Source: Actinomycetes bacterium
GTDB taxonomy: Bacteria; Actinomycetota; Actinomycetes; S36-B12
Assembly (NCBI GenBank): GCA_024641635.1
Contig: JAHECS010000009.1
Location: forward strand, 31,450-95,449
Length of the DNA stretch: 64,000 nucleotides
Direction: 5' to 3'
Below the pieces are notes generated by a model. The model did not search any database, was not told the DNA's origin, and saw nothing but the letters and a program-made list of their open reading frames with translations. Of this stretch, positions 29,670 through 39,678 are shown in pieces (position 1 is the stretch's first letter; every line of letters starts with the position of its first letter). A program made the position numbers and the translations under genes.

Positions 29670-30527
29670 GTGCCGGTCCAGGTGAAGGGGCAGGTCCTCG
29701 ACATCCGTCGCGCGGGCGCGTACCAGGTGCTGTCGTTGACCGCGCCGGGCATCTCCGAGCTCACCCGGCCAGGGCACTTCGTCACCCTTGGCATCGGCGG
29801 CGAGGAGTCGAGCATGCTGCTTCGGCGTGCCTTCGCCATCCACCAGGTGCAGTCGCGCGGCGTCTACGGCGGGACTCTGGACGTCGTCATCGGAGTGCAC
29901 GGCAAGGGCACGCGATGGCTGGTCGACCGCAGGCGACATGACCCCATCGACATCGTCGGGCCCCTGGGCCGGCCGTTCGTGCTGCCGAAGGAGCGCGTCG
30001 CCTGTGTCCTCGTCGGAGGTGGCTACGGATCCGCGCCCCTGTTCATGCTGGCCGAGCAGCTCCGTGAGCGCGGGTGCCGCGTCGACGTCGTCCTCGGCGC
30101 CTCCACCGAGGAGAAGCTCTTCGGCGCGCTCGAGCTGAAGCGCTTGGCGTCGACGCTGACCATCACGACCGATGACGGCTCCCTGGGGGAGCGGGGCCGG
30201 GTCACTGACGTCCTGCCCGAGCTGATGGACCGGGTCGACGGCGCGGTCGTCTACGCGTGCGGGCCGATGCCCATGCTGCAGCGCGTCGCCGAGGTCGCGC
30301 AGGAGCGGCAGGCCTACAGCCAGTGCGCCGTCGAGGAGGCCATGGCGTGCGGTATCGGAGTCTGCATGACCTGTGTCCTTCCGATCGTGGGGGAGGACGG
30401 CGTCACTCGGATGCTGCGGTCCTGCGCGGAGGGCCCGGTGTTCCGAGGCGATCGGGTGCGCTGGGCCGAGGTCGGGACGATCCCGCCCGACACCCTGGGT
30501 GCGCCGACCGAGGGAGGACATCGATGA
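29670..30527 (+). CDS. pyrK: Dihydroorotate dehydrogenase (class 1B) electron-transfer subunit
   Basis: 285 aa. It has the ferredoxin-reductase-like RRAFAI and GGGYGSAPL, plus a C-terminal 2Fe-2S Cys cluster (CGIGVCMTC...C). An SD-like GGGAGG lies upstream of the GTG. Confidence 0.88.
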   Translation: MPVQVKGQVLDIRRAGAYQVLSLTAPGISELTRPGHFVTLGIGGEESSMLLRRAFAIHQVQSRGVYGGTLDVVIGVHGKGTRWLVDRRRHDPIDIVGPLGRPFVLPKERVACVLVGGGYGSAPLFMLAEQLRERGCRVDVVLGASTEEKLFGALELKRLASTLTITTDDGSLGERGRVTDVLPELMDRVDGAVVYACGPMPMLQRVAEVAQERQAYSQCAVEEAMACGIGVCMTCVLPIVGEDGVTRMLRSCAEGPVFRGDRVRWAEVGTIPPDTLGAPTEGGHR

Positions 30528-31549
30528 CGCGAGCGCTCATCTCCCAGGGCCCGATGCCCGGTGACTCCGCGGTGCCCTTCGTCGACATGACCGCGGACCT
30601 GGCCGGTGTCGAGCTGCCGAGCCCTGTCCTCACGGCCTCGGGGTGCGCCGCGGCCGGTCGTGAGCTGGACCAGTTCTTCGACATCACCAGCATCGGCGCG
30701 ATCGTCACCAAGAGCGTGATGCTCCAGCCCCGGTCCGGTCGGCCGACTCCTCGGATGGCGGAGACGCCGAGCGGCATGCTGAACTCGATCGGACTTCAGG
30801 GGCCGGGGATCGACCGATTCATCGACCACGACCTCGCCTGGCTGGCCGATCGCGGTGCACGCACGGTCGTGTCCATCGCCGGCGGAACCGTGGACGAGTA
30901 CGCCAAGCTGGCCGCCCGCCTCCGCATCGTGCGCGGCGTGTCGGCGATCGAGGTCAACATCTCGTGTCCCAACGTCGAGGACCGCGGCCAGGTCTTCGCC
31001 TGCGATCCCAACTCGGCCGCCAGCGTGATCCAGGCCGTGAAGAGGCACAGCGACCCCCGCATGCCGATCTTCGCCAAGCTCTCACCTGACGTCACCGACA
31101 TCGTGTCGATCGCCGCGTCGGTGGTGAGGGCGGGAGCGACGGGCGTGTCCGTCATCAACACCCTCCTCGGCATGGTGATCAATGCGGACACGATGCGTCC
31201 GCACCTGGCCGGGGTGACGGGCGGGCTCTCCGGGCCTGCCATCCGTCCCGTCGCGGTGAGGTGCGTCTGGCAGATTCGGCAGGCTTTCCCAGACCTGCCG
31301 ATCATCGGGATGGGTGGCATCCGCACGGGTCTCGACGCGCTGGAGTTCGTGCTCGCGGGCGCCAACGCCGTGTCCGTGGGGACGGTGGTCTTCCACGATC
31401 CCTCTGCGCCGCTGCGGATCCACGAGGAGCTGCAGCGGGCGCTGGCCGAGCGCGGATTCGGGAGCCTTGCCGACGCCGTGGGCTACGCCCACCGGCCGCC
31501 CGACGTGACGGCGGAGGTGGACGATGACCTCGACTTCATCACCGAGTAG
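30524..31549 (+). CDS. pyrD: Dihydroorotate dehydrogenase catalytic subunit (class 1B)
   Basis: The ATG at 30524 overlaps the pyrK stop (ATGA). It has the class-1 catalytic Cys in EVNISCPNV and the motifs NSIGLQGPG and GMGGI. Confidence 0.92.
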   Translation: MTRALISQGPMPGDSAVPFVDMTADLAGVELPSPVLTASGCAAAGRELDQFFDITSIGAIVTKSVMLQPRSGRPTPRMAETPSGMLNSIGLQGPGIDRFIDHDLAWLADRGARTVVSIAGGTVDEYAKLAARLRIVRGVSAIEVNISCPNVEDRGQVFACDPNSAASVIQAVKRHSDPRMPIFAKLSPDVTDIVSIAASVVRAGATGVSVINTLLGMVINADTMRPHLAGVTGGLSGPAIRPVAVRCVWQIRQAFPDLPIIGMGGIRTGLDALEFVLAGANAVSVGTVVFHDPSAPLRIHEELQRALAERGFGSLADAVGYAHRPPDVTAEVDDDLDFITE

Positions 31550-32276
31550 GGGGCGGGGGACGACGCCGTATGCGCCGATCGCCGTGGCGCTCGACGCTCC
31601 CAGCCTCGATGCGCTCATCGAGTGGACGGCGCAGGTCGCGCCGGTCGTCTCCACGGTGAAGGTCGGTCTCGAGGTGTTCTGCCGAGACGGGGCCGAGGCG
31701 GTCGTCGCGGCACGGGCCGCGGCGGCGCGGGCCGGCCACCCCGACATCGACGTGTTCCTCGACCTCAAGCTGCACGACATCCCGGCCACCGTGCGTGGCG
31801 CGGCGCGCGCCGTTGCCGCCCTCGAGCCTGCGTTCCTCACCGTGCACGCGAGCGGAGGGGCGGAGATGGTCTCCGCGGCGGCCGAGGCTCTCCCGGACAC
31901 GCGGATCACCGCCGTCACGGTCCTCACCTCACTCGACGCCGAGACGCTCGACGCCGTGGGGATCGATGGGCCACCGGAGGCGGCGGCGGTTCGGCTGGCC
32001 CGACTGGCCGTCGAAGCGGGAGCGCGGGCCATCGTCTGCTCCCCGCACGAGGTGGCGGCGATCCGGGCCGCTGTCCCGGCGGACATCACCCTCATCACCC
32101 CAGGCGTCCGCCCTGCAGGGGCCTCGGTCGACGACCAGAAACGGGTCGCGACCCCTGAGCGCGCACTGGCCGACGGCGCCGACCTACTGGTCATCGGCCG
32201 CCCGATCACCGCCGCCCCCGATCTCTTCGAGGCAGCTTCCGCCATCGCGGAGGCCCTTCGGGCGGCCGGCGCATGA
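31524..32276 (+). CDS. pyrF: Orotidine 5'-phosphate decarboxylase
   Basis: 250 aa. It has [14 protein letters not shown] and VIGRPIT. It overlaps pyrD by 26 nt. Confidence 0.9.
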   Translation: MTSTSSPSRGRGTTPYAPIAVALDAPSLDALIEWTAQVAPVVSTVKVGLEVFCRDGAEAVVAARAAAARAGHPDIDVFLDLKLHDIPATVRGAARAVAALEPAFLTVHASGGAEMVSAAAEALPDTRITAVTVLTSLDAETLDAVGIDGPPEAAAVRLARLAVEAGARAIVCSPHEVAAIRAAVPADITLITPGVRPAGASVDDQKRVATPERALADGADLLVIGRPITAAPDLFEAASAIAEALRAAGA

Positions 32277-32593
32277 GCGTCCCGACCCGCACCGCGGAGC
32301 AGCGGACAGAGGCGCTCGAGTCGGCCCTGGCGGCGCGCAAGGAGCGGGCGCGCCTGCGAGCGGCGCTCAAGGCTCGCGAAACCACCGCTGGCGACGTCAT
32401 CCGGCGGTCCCACGACAACCCGGTCTGGGGTGCGGTCAAGGTCGTGTGGCTGCTCGAGTGCGTACCGGGGATCGGCTCGGCACGCGCCGAGCGCATCATG
32501 ACCTCCCTCGGGATCGCCCGGTCCCGACGAGTCCAGGGCCTCGGGGACCGCCAGCGGGCGGCCCTGATCATCGAGCTCGAGGGCGCTGCGTGA
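32273..32593 (+). CDS. mihF: Actinobacterial integration host factor
   Basis: 106 aa. It has the typical mIHF sequence (..[22 protein letters not shown]..) and the conserved position between pyrF and gmk. Confidence 0.85.
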   Translation: MSVPTRTAEQRTEALESALAARKERARLRAALKARETTAGDVIRRSHDNPVWGAVKVVWLLECVPGIGSARAERIMTSLGIARSRRVQGLGDRQRAALIIELEGAA

Positions 32594-33165
32594 GCCCTCA
32601 GCCGACCACCGCCCCGCTCGTCGTGGTGTCGGGTCCGTCGGGCGTGGGCAAGAGCACCGTGGTGGGGAGAGCGCTCGCCCTGGAGCCCCGGATCTGGCTG
32701 TCCGTCAGCGCCACCACCCGCGAGCCGCGCGTGGGCGAGCAGGACGGCCGCGAGTACTACTTCGTCAGCGACGAGCGGTTCGACGAGCTCGTGGCCACTG
32801 GGGGGCTGCTGGAGTGGGCCTCGTACGCGGGCAATCGCTATGGGACGCCCCGGGGTCCGGTCGACGAGCATCGTGAGGCTGGGACGCCTGTCCTCCTGGA
32901 GATCGAGGTCCAAGGCGCCCGCCAGATCCGGCGCTCCGTCCCTGGCGCCCTCCTGGTGTTCCTCGAGCCCCCGACGTGGGACGTCCTCGAGTCGCGGCTG
33001 ACCGGGCGTGGCACGGAGGAGCCGGACGTCGTGTCCCGCCGGCTGCAGGCCGCGCGCGACGAACTGGCCGCTGCGCCCGAGTTCGACGCGGTCCTCGTGA
33101 ACGCCGATGTCCAGGAGTGTGCGGAGGCCTTGCTAGCATTGGTCTCCGATCCCCCTGGCCACTGA
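32590..33165 (+). CDS. gmk: Guanylate kinase
   Basis: The GTG at 32590 overlaps the mihF stop. It has the P-loop [14 protein letters not shown] and [20 protein letters not shown]. Confidence 0.94.
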   Translation: MSPQPTTAPLVVVSGPSGVGKSTVVGRALALEPRIWLSVSATTREPRVGEQDGREYYFVSDERFDELVATGGLLEWASYAGNRYGTPRGPVDEHREAGTPVLLEIEVQGARQIRRSVPGALLVFLEPPTWDVLESRLTGRGTEEPDVVSRRLQAARDELAAAPEFDAVLVNADVQECAEALLALVSDPPGH

Positions 33166-33204
33166 GGCCTGGCGGCAGTCCCACCACCCGAATGAGGCCG
33201 TGAC

Positions 33205-33507
33205 GTGAGCAGTACCACCCGCCCCGAGGGCATCACCCATCCCTCGATCGACCAGCTGCTGGAGAAGACCGACTCCAAGTACTCCCTGGTCATCTACGCC
33301 TCGAAGCGTGCTCGGCAGATCAATGCGTACTACTCCCAGCTCGGCGAGGGCCTGCTCGAGTACGTCGGGCCCCTGGTCGAGACGCACGTGCAGGAGAAGC
33401 CGCTGTCCATCGCCCTGCGCGAGATCGACGCAGGACTGCTCACCAGCGAGCCGATCAGCGAGGACGCCGAGGAAGCGGCCGTCGCGATCGAAGACACCGA
33501 GATCTGA
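33205..33507 (+). CDS. rpoZ: DNA-directed RNA polymerase subunit omega
   Basis: 100 aa. It has [17 protein letters not shown]. Confidence 0.9.
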   Translation: MSSTTRPEGITHPSIDQLLEKTDSKYSLVIYASKRARQINAYYSQLGEGLLEYVGPLVETHVQEKPLSIALREIDAGLLTSEPISEDAEEAAVAIEDTEI

Positions 33508-33517
33508 TCCGGTCCAC

Positions 33518-34738
33518 ATGCCCGGCGCGCGCGTCGTCCTCGGCGTCGCCGGCGGTATCGCCGCGTACAAGGCCTGCGAGGTCCTTCGCGGGCTGACAGA
33601 GTCCGGCTGCGACGTCACGGTCGTCCCGACCCCTGCGGCACTCCGCTTCGTCGGAGCAGCGACGTGGTCGGCCCTGTCCGGCAAGCCGGTGGCCACCGAG
33701 GTATGGCAGGACGCCCACCGGGTGCCGCACGTCCGCCTCGGCCAGGACGCCGACCTCGTCCTCGTCGCCCCCGCGACCGCGGACCTCATGGCACGTGCCG
33801 CAAACGGGATGGCCGACGACCTCCTCACGAACGTCCTGCTGACGGCTCGATGCCCCGTCGTCCTCGCTCCCGCCATGCACACGGAGATGTGGGAGCACCC
33901 CGCCACCCAGTCGAACGTCGCTCTGCTCCGGCAGCGGGGCGTTCTGGTCCTGGAACCGGCGTCCGGTCGGCTCACCGGCGCCGACTCCGGCCCCGGCCGG
34001 CTGCCCGATCCCGGGCAGATCGTCGCCGCCGCGCAGGACGTGTTGCGTCGTGGGGCTGGGCACCGTGCCGACCTGGCCGGCCGCACGGTGGTCGTCAGCG
34101 CCGGTGGGACCCAGGAGACGTGGGACCCGGTGCGGTACATCGGCAACCGGAGCAGCGGACGACAGGGCGTCGAGCTGGCGCGGACCGCGGTCTCCCGAGG
34201 GGCGAGCGTCACCCTGGTGGCCGCGCACATGGATGTCGCGCCGCCGGCCGGCGTCACCGTCGTCCCGGTGCGGACCGCGGAGGAGATGCGTTCAGCCATG
34301 CACGCGAGGACTGCCGGCGCGGACGTGGTCGTCATGGCTGCGGCGGTCGCCGACTTCCGCCCGGCGGCACCGGGGGAGCACAAGCTCAAGCGCGGGGAGT
34401 CCGGCGCCGACCCGGTCCTGGCGCTGGCGGAGAACGCGGACATCCTGCGCGAGCTCGTCGAGGCCCGGGGTGCCCAGGAGCGACCGCTCATTGTCGGCTT
34501 CGCGGCCGAGACCGGCGACGCCGACCGTGGGGTGCTGGCGCTCGGCCGGGAGAAGCTGGCCCGGAAGGGCTGCGACCTGCTCGTGGTCAACGACGTGTCC
34601 GGCGACCGGGTCTTCGGGCAGTCGGACAACGAGGTCGTCATCCTGTCCGCGTCCGGGCGGGAGACCGCCGTGCCCCGATCGGCCAAGGCCACCGTGGCCG
34701 ACGCCGTGTGGGACGTGGTCGTCGAGTCGCTGTCCTAG
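33518..34738 (+). CDS. coaBC: Bifunctional phosphopantothenoylcysteine decarboxylase / phosphopantothenate-cysteine ligase
   Basis: Starts at ATG 33518. It has the flavoprotein N-terminus GVAGGIAAYKA and the CoaB motif AAVADFRP. Confidence 0.94.
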   Translation: MPGARVVLGVAGGIAAYKACEVLRGLTESGCDVTVVPTPAALRFVGAATWSALSGKPVATEVWQDAHRVPHVRLGQDADLVLVAPATADLMARAANGMADDLLTNVLLTARCPVVLAPAMHTEMWEHPATQSNVALLRQRGVLVLEPASGRLTGADSGPGRLPDPGQIVAAAQDVLRRGAGHRADLAGRTVVVSAGGTQETWDPVRYIGNRSSGRQGVELARTAVSRGASVTLVAAHMDVAPPAGVTVVPVRTAEEMRSAMHARTAGADVVVMAAAVADFRPAAPGEHKLKRGESGADPVLALAENADILRELVEARGAQERPLIVGFAAETGDADRGVLALGREKLARKGCDLLVVNDVSGDRVFGQSDNEVVILSASGRETAVPRSAKATVADAVWDVVVESLS

Positions 34739-34783
34739 TGCCTCGCTAGACTGGCGCGTCGCCCGAACGAGCTGAGGAGTCCC

Positions 34784-36034
34784 GTGTCGCATCGCCTGTT
34801 CACGTCCGAGTCCGTCACTGAGGGCCATCCCGACAAGATGGCCGACCAGATCAGCGACGCCATCCTGGACGACCTCCTGAGGCAGGACCCGCGCAGCCGG
34901 GTGGCCGTCGAGACCATGCTCACCACCGGTCAGGTGCACGTTGCCGGTGAGGTGACGACGACCGGCTTCGCGGACGTCATGGACCTCGTCCGGCAGACGG
35001 TGCTGGGCATCGGCTACGACTCGTCCACGAAGGGCTTCGATGGCGAGTCGTGCGGCATCTCCGTGTCCATCGGCAAGCAGTCTCCCGACATCGCCCAAGG
35101 CGTCGATGATGCGATCGAGGAGCGGGCCGAGGGCAGCCACGACCCGCTCGACCGCCAGGGGGCCGGCGACCAGGGACTCATGTTCGGCTACGCCTGCGAC
35201 GACACCCCGGAGCTCATGCCGCTGCCGATCCACATCGCGCACCGACTGGCGGAGCGCCTGACCGAGGTCCGCAAGGACGGCACGGTGCCCTACCTGCGAC
35301 CCGACGGCAAGACCCAGGTGACCATCGCCTACGACGAGAACGACCGGCCGGTGAGCATCGACACGGTGGTCGTGTCCTCGCAGCACGCTCGCGACGTGAG
35401 CCTGGACAACATGCTCAGCCCGGACATCAAGCGACACGTCGTCGATCCGGTGCTCGACCTCATCGACCTCGACTCCCGCGACTACCGGCTCCTCGTCAAT
35501 CCCACGGGCCGGTTCGAGGTGGGCGGCCCCATGGGCGACGCCGGGCTCACCGGTCGCAAGATCATCGTCGACACGTACGGCGGCAAGGCTCGCCACGGTG
35601 GCGGCGCCTTCTCCGGCAAGGACCCGTCGAAGGTGGACCGCTCGGCCGCCTACGCGATGCGGTGGGTGGCCAAGAACGTGGTCGCGGCCGAGCTGGCGAC
35701 CCGCTGCGAGGTCCAGGTCGCGTACGCGATCGGCAAGGCGCACCCGGTGGGCATCTTCGTGGAGACCTTCGGCACGGGCGTGATCCCGGACGAGCGGATC
35801 CAGCAGGCGGTGCTCGAGGTGTTCGACCTGCGCCCCGCGGCGATCATCCGTGACCTCGACCTGCTGCGGCCGATCTACCGGGTGACCAGCGCTTACGGGC
35901 ACTTCGGCCGGGTCCAGGGCAGCAACTGGCTGCTCGACTCGGACGACCCGTCGAAGCGCACGGCCGTGGGACCCACGTTCACCTGGGAGAGCATCGACCG
36001 AGCCGAGGAGCTGAAGGTCGCTGCCGGACGGTAG
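34784..36034 (+). CDS. metK: S-adenosylmethionine synthase
   Basis: 416 aa. It has [29 protein letters not shown] and GGGAFSGKD. An insertion of about 20 aa follows GHFGR (see findings). Confidence 0.97.
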   Translation: MSHRLFTSESVTEGHPDKMADQISDAILDDLLRQDPRSRVAVETMLTTGQVHVAGEVTTTGFADVMDLVRQTVLGIGYDSSTKGFDGESCGISVSIGKQSPDIAQGVDDAIEERAEGSHDPLDRQGAGDQGLMFGYACDDTPELMPLPIHIAHRLAERLTEVRKDGTVPYLRPDGKTQVTIAYDENDRPVSIDTVVVSSQHARDVSLDNMLSPDIKRHVVDPVLDLIDLDSRDYRLLVNPTGRFEVGGPMGDAGLTGRKIIVDTYGGKARHGGGAFSGKDPSKVDRSAAYAMRWVAKNVVAAELATRCEVQVAYAIGKAHPVGIFVETFGTGVIPDERIQQAVLEVFDLRPAAIIRDLDLLRPIYRVTSAYGHFGRVQGSNWLLDSDDPSKRTAVGPTFTWESIDRAEELKVAAGR

Positions 36035-36041
36035 CCCGGCC

Positions 36042-36137
36042 GGCGAGGTCACGAGCGGCCGCGTGGATGCGCGCGGCGAGGTCACGAGCGGCCGCGTGGA
36101 TGCGCGCGGCGAGGTCACGAGCGGCCGTGTGGATGCG
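36042..36137 (+). repeat. 33-bp tandem repeat, 2 perfect copies plus 1 imperfect copy (unit GGCGAGGTCACGAGCGGCCGCGTGGATGCGCGC)
   Basis: Copies 36042..36074 and 36075..36107 are identical. The third copy (36108..~36137) has one substitution and a small insertion. The array starts 8 nt after the metK stop. Confidence 0.95.
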
Positions 36138-38192
36138 GCCGCGCCCGACCAGCTGTCCCTCGTGCCTGGCCCACGCCCCCGCCGCCGGTCCAGCAGACCG
36201 GCGCGCGAGGTCTCGGAGACGGCTCCGGTGGCGCAGGTCGTCATTGACTCGGCCGTCCCCCACCTGGACCGGGTGTTCGACTACTCGGTCCCGGCCGACC
36301 TCTCCGATACGGCGGTCGTGGGCGCCCGCGTCCGGATTCGCTTCTCGGGGCGGCTGACGGACGCCTTCGTCGTGGGCCGCCTGGACGATGCCGAGCATGA
36401 AGGAGCCCTCAAGCCTCTTGAGCGCGTCGTCGGGGTCGAGCCCGTCCTCACGCGCGACACGATCCGCCTGGTCCAGGAGGTCGCGGAGCGGTACGCCGGG
36501 ACGGTCAGCGACGTCATCCGCACGGCGGTTCCGCCACGGCACGCGCGTGCCGAGGCGACAGTCGTGGAACCGGCCACCTGGCGCGCCGAGGCGGGCAGCG
36601 TGGACGAGGATCGCTGGGCCGCCTATGACGCGGGCCCGGCGCTCGTCGCGCGGCTGTCCTCGTCGGACCGACAGGCCACAAGGGCCGTGTGGTCCGCGGC
36701 ACCTGCCACGTCATGGAGCGCGGATGCCGAAGCGCTGGCCCGCTGTGTCCTCGCGCAGCCGACCGGCGGTGTGCTCATCGTCGTACCCGACGCCGCGGAC
36801 GTGGACCGTGTGGCTGCCGGGTTCGCCGACGCCCTGGCCGCCGGAGCCATGGCCACGCTCACGGCGGAGCAGGGACCTGAACGCCGGTACCGCGAGTTCG
36901 TGCGAACCCTGCGGGGCTCGGCTCGACTCGTCGTCGGTACTCGGGCCAGCGTGTTCGCCCCGGTCGTCGACCTGCGGCTCATCCTCGTATGGGACGACGG
37001 GGACGACGCGCTCGTCGATCCGCATGCCCCCTACTGGGACGCCCGGGATGTCGCCGCCCTTCGGTCGCACCTCACCGGGTGCGACCTCGTCGTGGGCTCG
37101 CCGGCACGCTCGGTGGTGACTCAGCAGTGGTGCGAGTCGGGCTGGGCCAGGTCGGTCGAGGCGTCGCGTGCGACGGTGTCGGAGCGCGGCCCGACGGTGC
37201 GTGCTCTCACCGCCGAGGACGCCGCCCGTGACGCGGCGGCGGCTGCTGCGCGAATCCCGCACCGGGCCTGGGAGGCCGCCCGGGCGGCACTGAGGGCCGG
37301 CCCCGTGCTCGTCCAGGTGCCGCGCCGTGGCTACCTGCCAGCCCTGTCCTGCCAGTCCTGCCGCGCGGTGGCGCGCTGCGCGTGCGGTGGCCCCCTCGGC
37401 ATGGCGGCGGCAGGTGCGGTGCCGCGGTGCTCCTGGTGCGGCGCGCTGGCGGGCTCGTGGACCTGCCCCGAGTGCCACGGGGAACGACTGCGTGCTGTCT
37501 CGGTGGGCGCCGAGCGGACCGCCGAGGAGATCGGTCGAGCCTTCCCGGGCGTTCCCGTGGTGTCCAGCCACGGCGGTCACATGGTGGCGAGCGTTCCCGA
37601 CGAGCCGGCGATCGTCATCGCCACGCCGGGGGCCGAGCCGCACTGCGAGGCCGGGTACCGCGCGGTGCTGATCCTGGACGCTCGTGCTCAACTCCAGCGC
37701 CCGTTCCTCGATGCCGAGGAGGACGCCGTGCGGCGGTGGTTCGCGGCAGCCAGACTGGCGGCACCACGGGCGCCCGTCGTCGTCACGGCGGACAACTCCC
37801 TGCGAGGGGTCCAGGCGCTGGTGCGCTGGGATGCGCCCTGGCTCGCGGCCCGCGAGCTGGCGGACCGGACCGCGGCGGGCCTGCCGCCGGCGACGCGGAT
37901 GGCCGTGCTGCTCGGTACCGCCGACGACATCGCCGAGGTCGACGCCGCACTCGCGGTGCCGCACCGTCTCCTCGGTCCGGTTCCCGACCCGGTTGCGGGG
38001 GAGGGCTCACGGCACCCGGGTCGCGGGCAGGTACGAGACCTCGCCGGCGCGGACCGGCAGCGCGCCATTGTCGCCGTCGACCGTCGGCACGCGGCGGAAC
38101 TCAGCCGGCAGCTGCGGGCGGTCACCGCCACGCGCTCCGCTCGGGCGAGGACCGCTCCCGTGCATGTGCGCCTCGATCCGCGTGACATCTAG
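36063..38192 (+). CDS. priA: Primosomal protein N' (PriA homologue); the start codon is ambiguous within the tandem repeat
   Basis: It has an N-terminal PriA 3'-DNA-binding-like region (VAQVVIDSAVPHLDRVFDYSVP), a Cys-rich zinc region (CQSCRAVARCACGG...CSWCG...CPECHG), and the conserved metK-priA-def-fmt position. In-frame GTGs lie at 36063, 36096 and 36129. Confidence 0.85.
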   Translation: MDARGEVTSGRVDARGEVTSGRVDAAAPDQLSLVPGPRPRRRSSRPAREVSETAPVAQVVIDSAVPHLDRVFDYSVPADLSDTAVVGARVRIRFSGRLTDAFVVGRLDDAEHEGALKPLERVVGVEPVLTRDTIRLVQEVAERYAGTVSDVIRTAVPPRHARAEATVVEPATWRAEAGSVDEDRWAAYDAGPALVARLSSSDRQATRAVWSAAPATSWSADAEALARCVLAQPTGGVLIVVPDAADVDRVAAGFADALAAGAMATLTAEQGPERRYREFVRTLRGSARLVVGTRASVFAPVVDLRLILVWDDGDDALVDPHAPYWDARDVAALRSHLTGCDLVVGSPARSVVTQQWCESGWARSVEASRATVSERGPTVRALTAEDAARDAAAAAARIPHRAWEAARAALRAGPVLVQVPRRGYLPALSCQSCRAVARCACGGPLGMAAAGAVPRCSWCGALAGSWTCPECHGERLRAVSVGAERTAEEIGRAFPGVPVVSSHGGHMVASVPDEPAIVIATPGAEPHCEAGYRAVLILDARAQLQRPFLDAEEDAVRRWFAAARLAAPRAPVVVTADNSLRGVQALVRWDAPWLAARELADRTAAGLPPATRMAVLLGTADDIAEVDAALAVPHRLLGPVPDPVAGEGSRHPGRGQVRDLAGADRQRAIVAVDRRHAAELSRQLRAVTATRSARARTAPVHVRLDPRDI

Positions 38193-38209
38193 CCCCATAG
38201 ACTGACGAC

Positions 38210-38755
38210 ATGGCCATCCAGCCCATTCGCCTCTTCGGCGACCCGGTCCTTCGCACGTCGGCGGCGCCCGTCGAGACGTTCGACAAGGAGCTGCGGAAGC
38301 TGGTCAAGGACCTCACCGAGACGATGATGGACGCCCCGGGCGCGGGCCTCGCGGCGCCGCAGATCGGCGTCTCCCTGCGCGTGTTCACCTACTGGGTCGA
38401 TGAGGAGCCTGGCCATCTGGTGAACCCGGACCTGGACCTCTCGGAGGACCTGCAGATCGGCGACGAGGGCTGCCTCTCGCTCCCCGACCTCGCATTCGAG
38501 ACCCCGCGGGCCATGAGAGTCGTCGCGAAGGGCATGAACATGTGGGGCGAGCCGGTCGTCATCGAGGGCAGCGACCTGCTGGCGCGCGCTGTCCAGCACG
38601 AGACCGACCACCTCGACGGCATCCTGTTCATCGACAGGCTCGACCCCGAGCTGCGCAAGGAGGCCATGCGGCAGATTCGCGAAGCCGAATGGTTCGGCGA
38701 GCCGGCGCCGCAGGTCCAGATCAGCCCGCACTCCATCTCGTCGCGCTGGCTGTAG
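38210..38755 (+). CDS. def: Peptide deformylase
   Basis: 181 aa. It has [17 protein letters not shown] and HETDHLDG. Confidence 0.96.
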   Translation: MAIQPIRLFGDPVLRTSAAPVETFDKELRKLVKDLTETMMDAPGAGLAAPQIGVSLRVFTYWVDEEPGHLVNPDLDLSEDLQIGDEGCLSLPDLAFETPRAMRVVAKGMNMWGEPVVIEGSDLLARAVQHETDHLDGILFIDRLDPELRKEAMRQIREAEWFGEPAPQVQISPHSISSRWL

Positions 38756-38757
38756 AC

Positions 38758-39678
38758 GTGCGCTGCGTGTTTGCGGGCACGCCTGCGGTCGCCGCGGTCG
38801 CGCTCGCCGAGCTTGTCGCGTCCCACCACGAGGTGATGGCCGTCGTCACCCGTCCGGACGCGCCGTCCGGACGCGGTCGCGCGGTGTCCAGCTCGCCGGT
38901 GGCCGAGTTGGCGCGCGACGCCGGCATCGAGGTGCAGCAGCCGATCTCGTTGCGCGACGCCGAGTGGCTGACGCGGCTCGCGGACCTGGCCCCGGACGTG
39001 GCACCGATCGTCGCGTACGGAGGACTCGTCCCCCCTGCGGCGCTGACGATCCCTCGGCACGGGTGGGTGAACCTGCACTTCTCGCTGCTGCCGGCCTGGC
39101 GGGGGGCCGCGCCGGTGCAGCACGCGGTCTGGCGAGGCGATGACATCACTGGGGCCACGACGTTCGCACTCGAGGAGGGTCTCGACACCGGACCCGTGTA
39201 CGGCACGGTGACGGAGCCGATCGGCCCCGGCGACACGGCCGGCGCCCTTCTCGACCGTCTGGCCGTGATCGGAGCCGGGCTGCTCCTGGCCACCCTCGAT
39301 GCCATCGAGTCCGGGCAGGCACACCCGGTGCCTCAGGCAGGGGATCCGTCGCTCGCTCCGAAGCTCACCGTCGACGATGCCCACGTGCGGTGGGACGTGC
39401 CGGCGGTCGGCATCGACCGTCAGGTCCGTGCCTGCACTCCGGCGCCGGGGGCATGGACCACGTGCCGCGGCGACCGGCTCGGTGTCGGTCCGGTCGAGCT
39501 GGCTGATGCGGAGGGCCTCCGCCCCGGGCACCTGAGGGTGGGCAAGCGCGACGTCCTGGTCGGCACGGCGACGGAACCGGTCCGACTCGGACTCGTTCGG
39601 CCGGCGGGCAAGCGCGAGATGCCCGCTGCGGACTGGGCGCGCGGGGTCCGACTCCTGGACTCGGACGTCCTGTCATGA
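38758..39678 (+). CDS. fmt: Methionyl-tRNA formyltransferase
   Basis: Starts at GTG 38758. It has VFAGTP and [17 protein letters not shown]. Confidence 0.93.
   Translation: MRCVFAGTPAVAAVALAELVASHHEVMAVVTRPDAPSGRGRAVSSSPVAELARDAGIEVQQPISLRDAEWLTRLADLAPDVAPIVAYGGLVPPAALTIPRHGWVNLHFSLLPAWRGAAPVQHAVWRGDDITGATTFALEEGLDTGPVYGTVTEPIGPGDTAGALLDRLAVIGAGLLLATLDAIESGQAHPVPQAGDPSLAPKLTVDDAHVRWDVPAVGIDRQVRACTPAPGAWTTCRGDRLGVGPVELADAEGLRPGHLRVGKRDVLVGTATEPVRLGLVRPAGKREMPAADWARGVRLLDSDVLS

Noticed and set aside
36042-36137. The 33-bp repeats as a CRISPR array.
   Set aside because: The units are directly adjacent with no spacers, there are only about 3 copies, no cas genes are present, and the repeat is in frame with priA. 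It is a tandem (VNTR-like) repeat.
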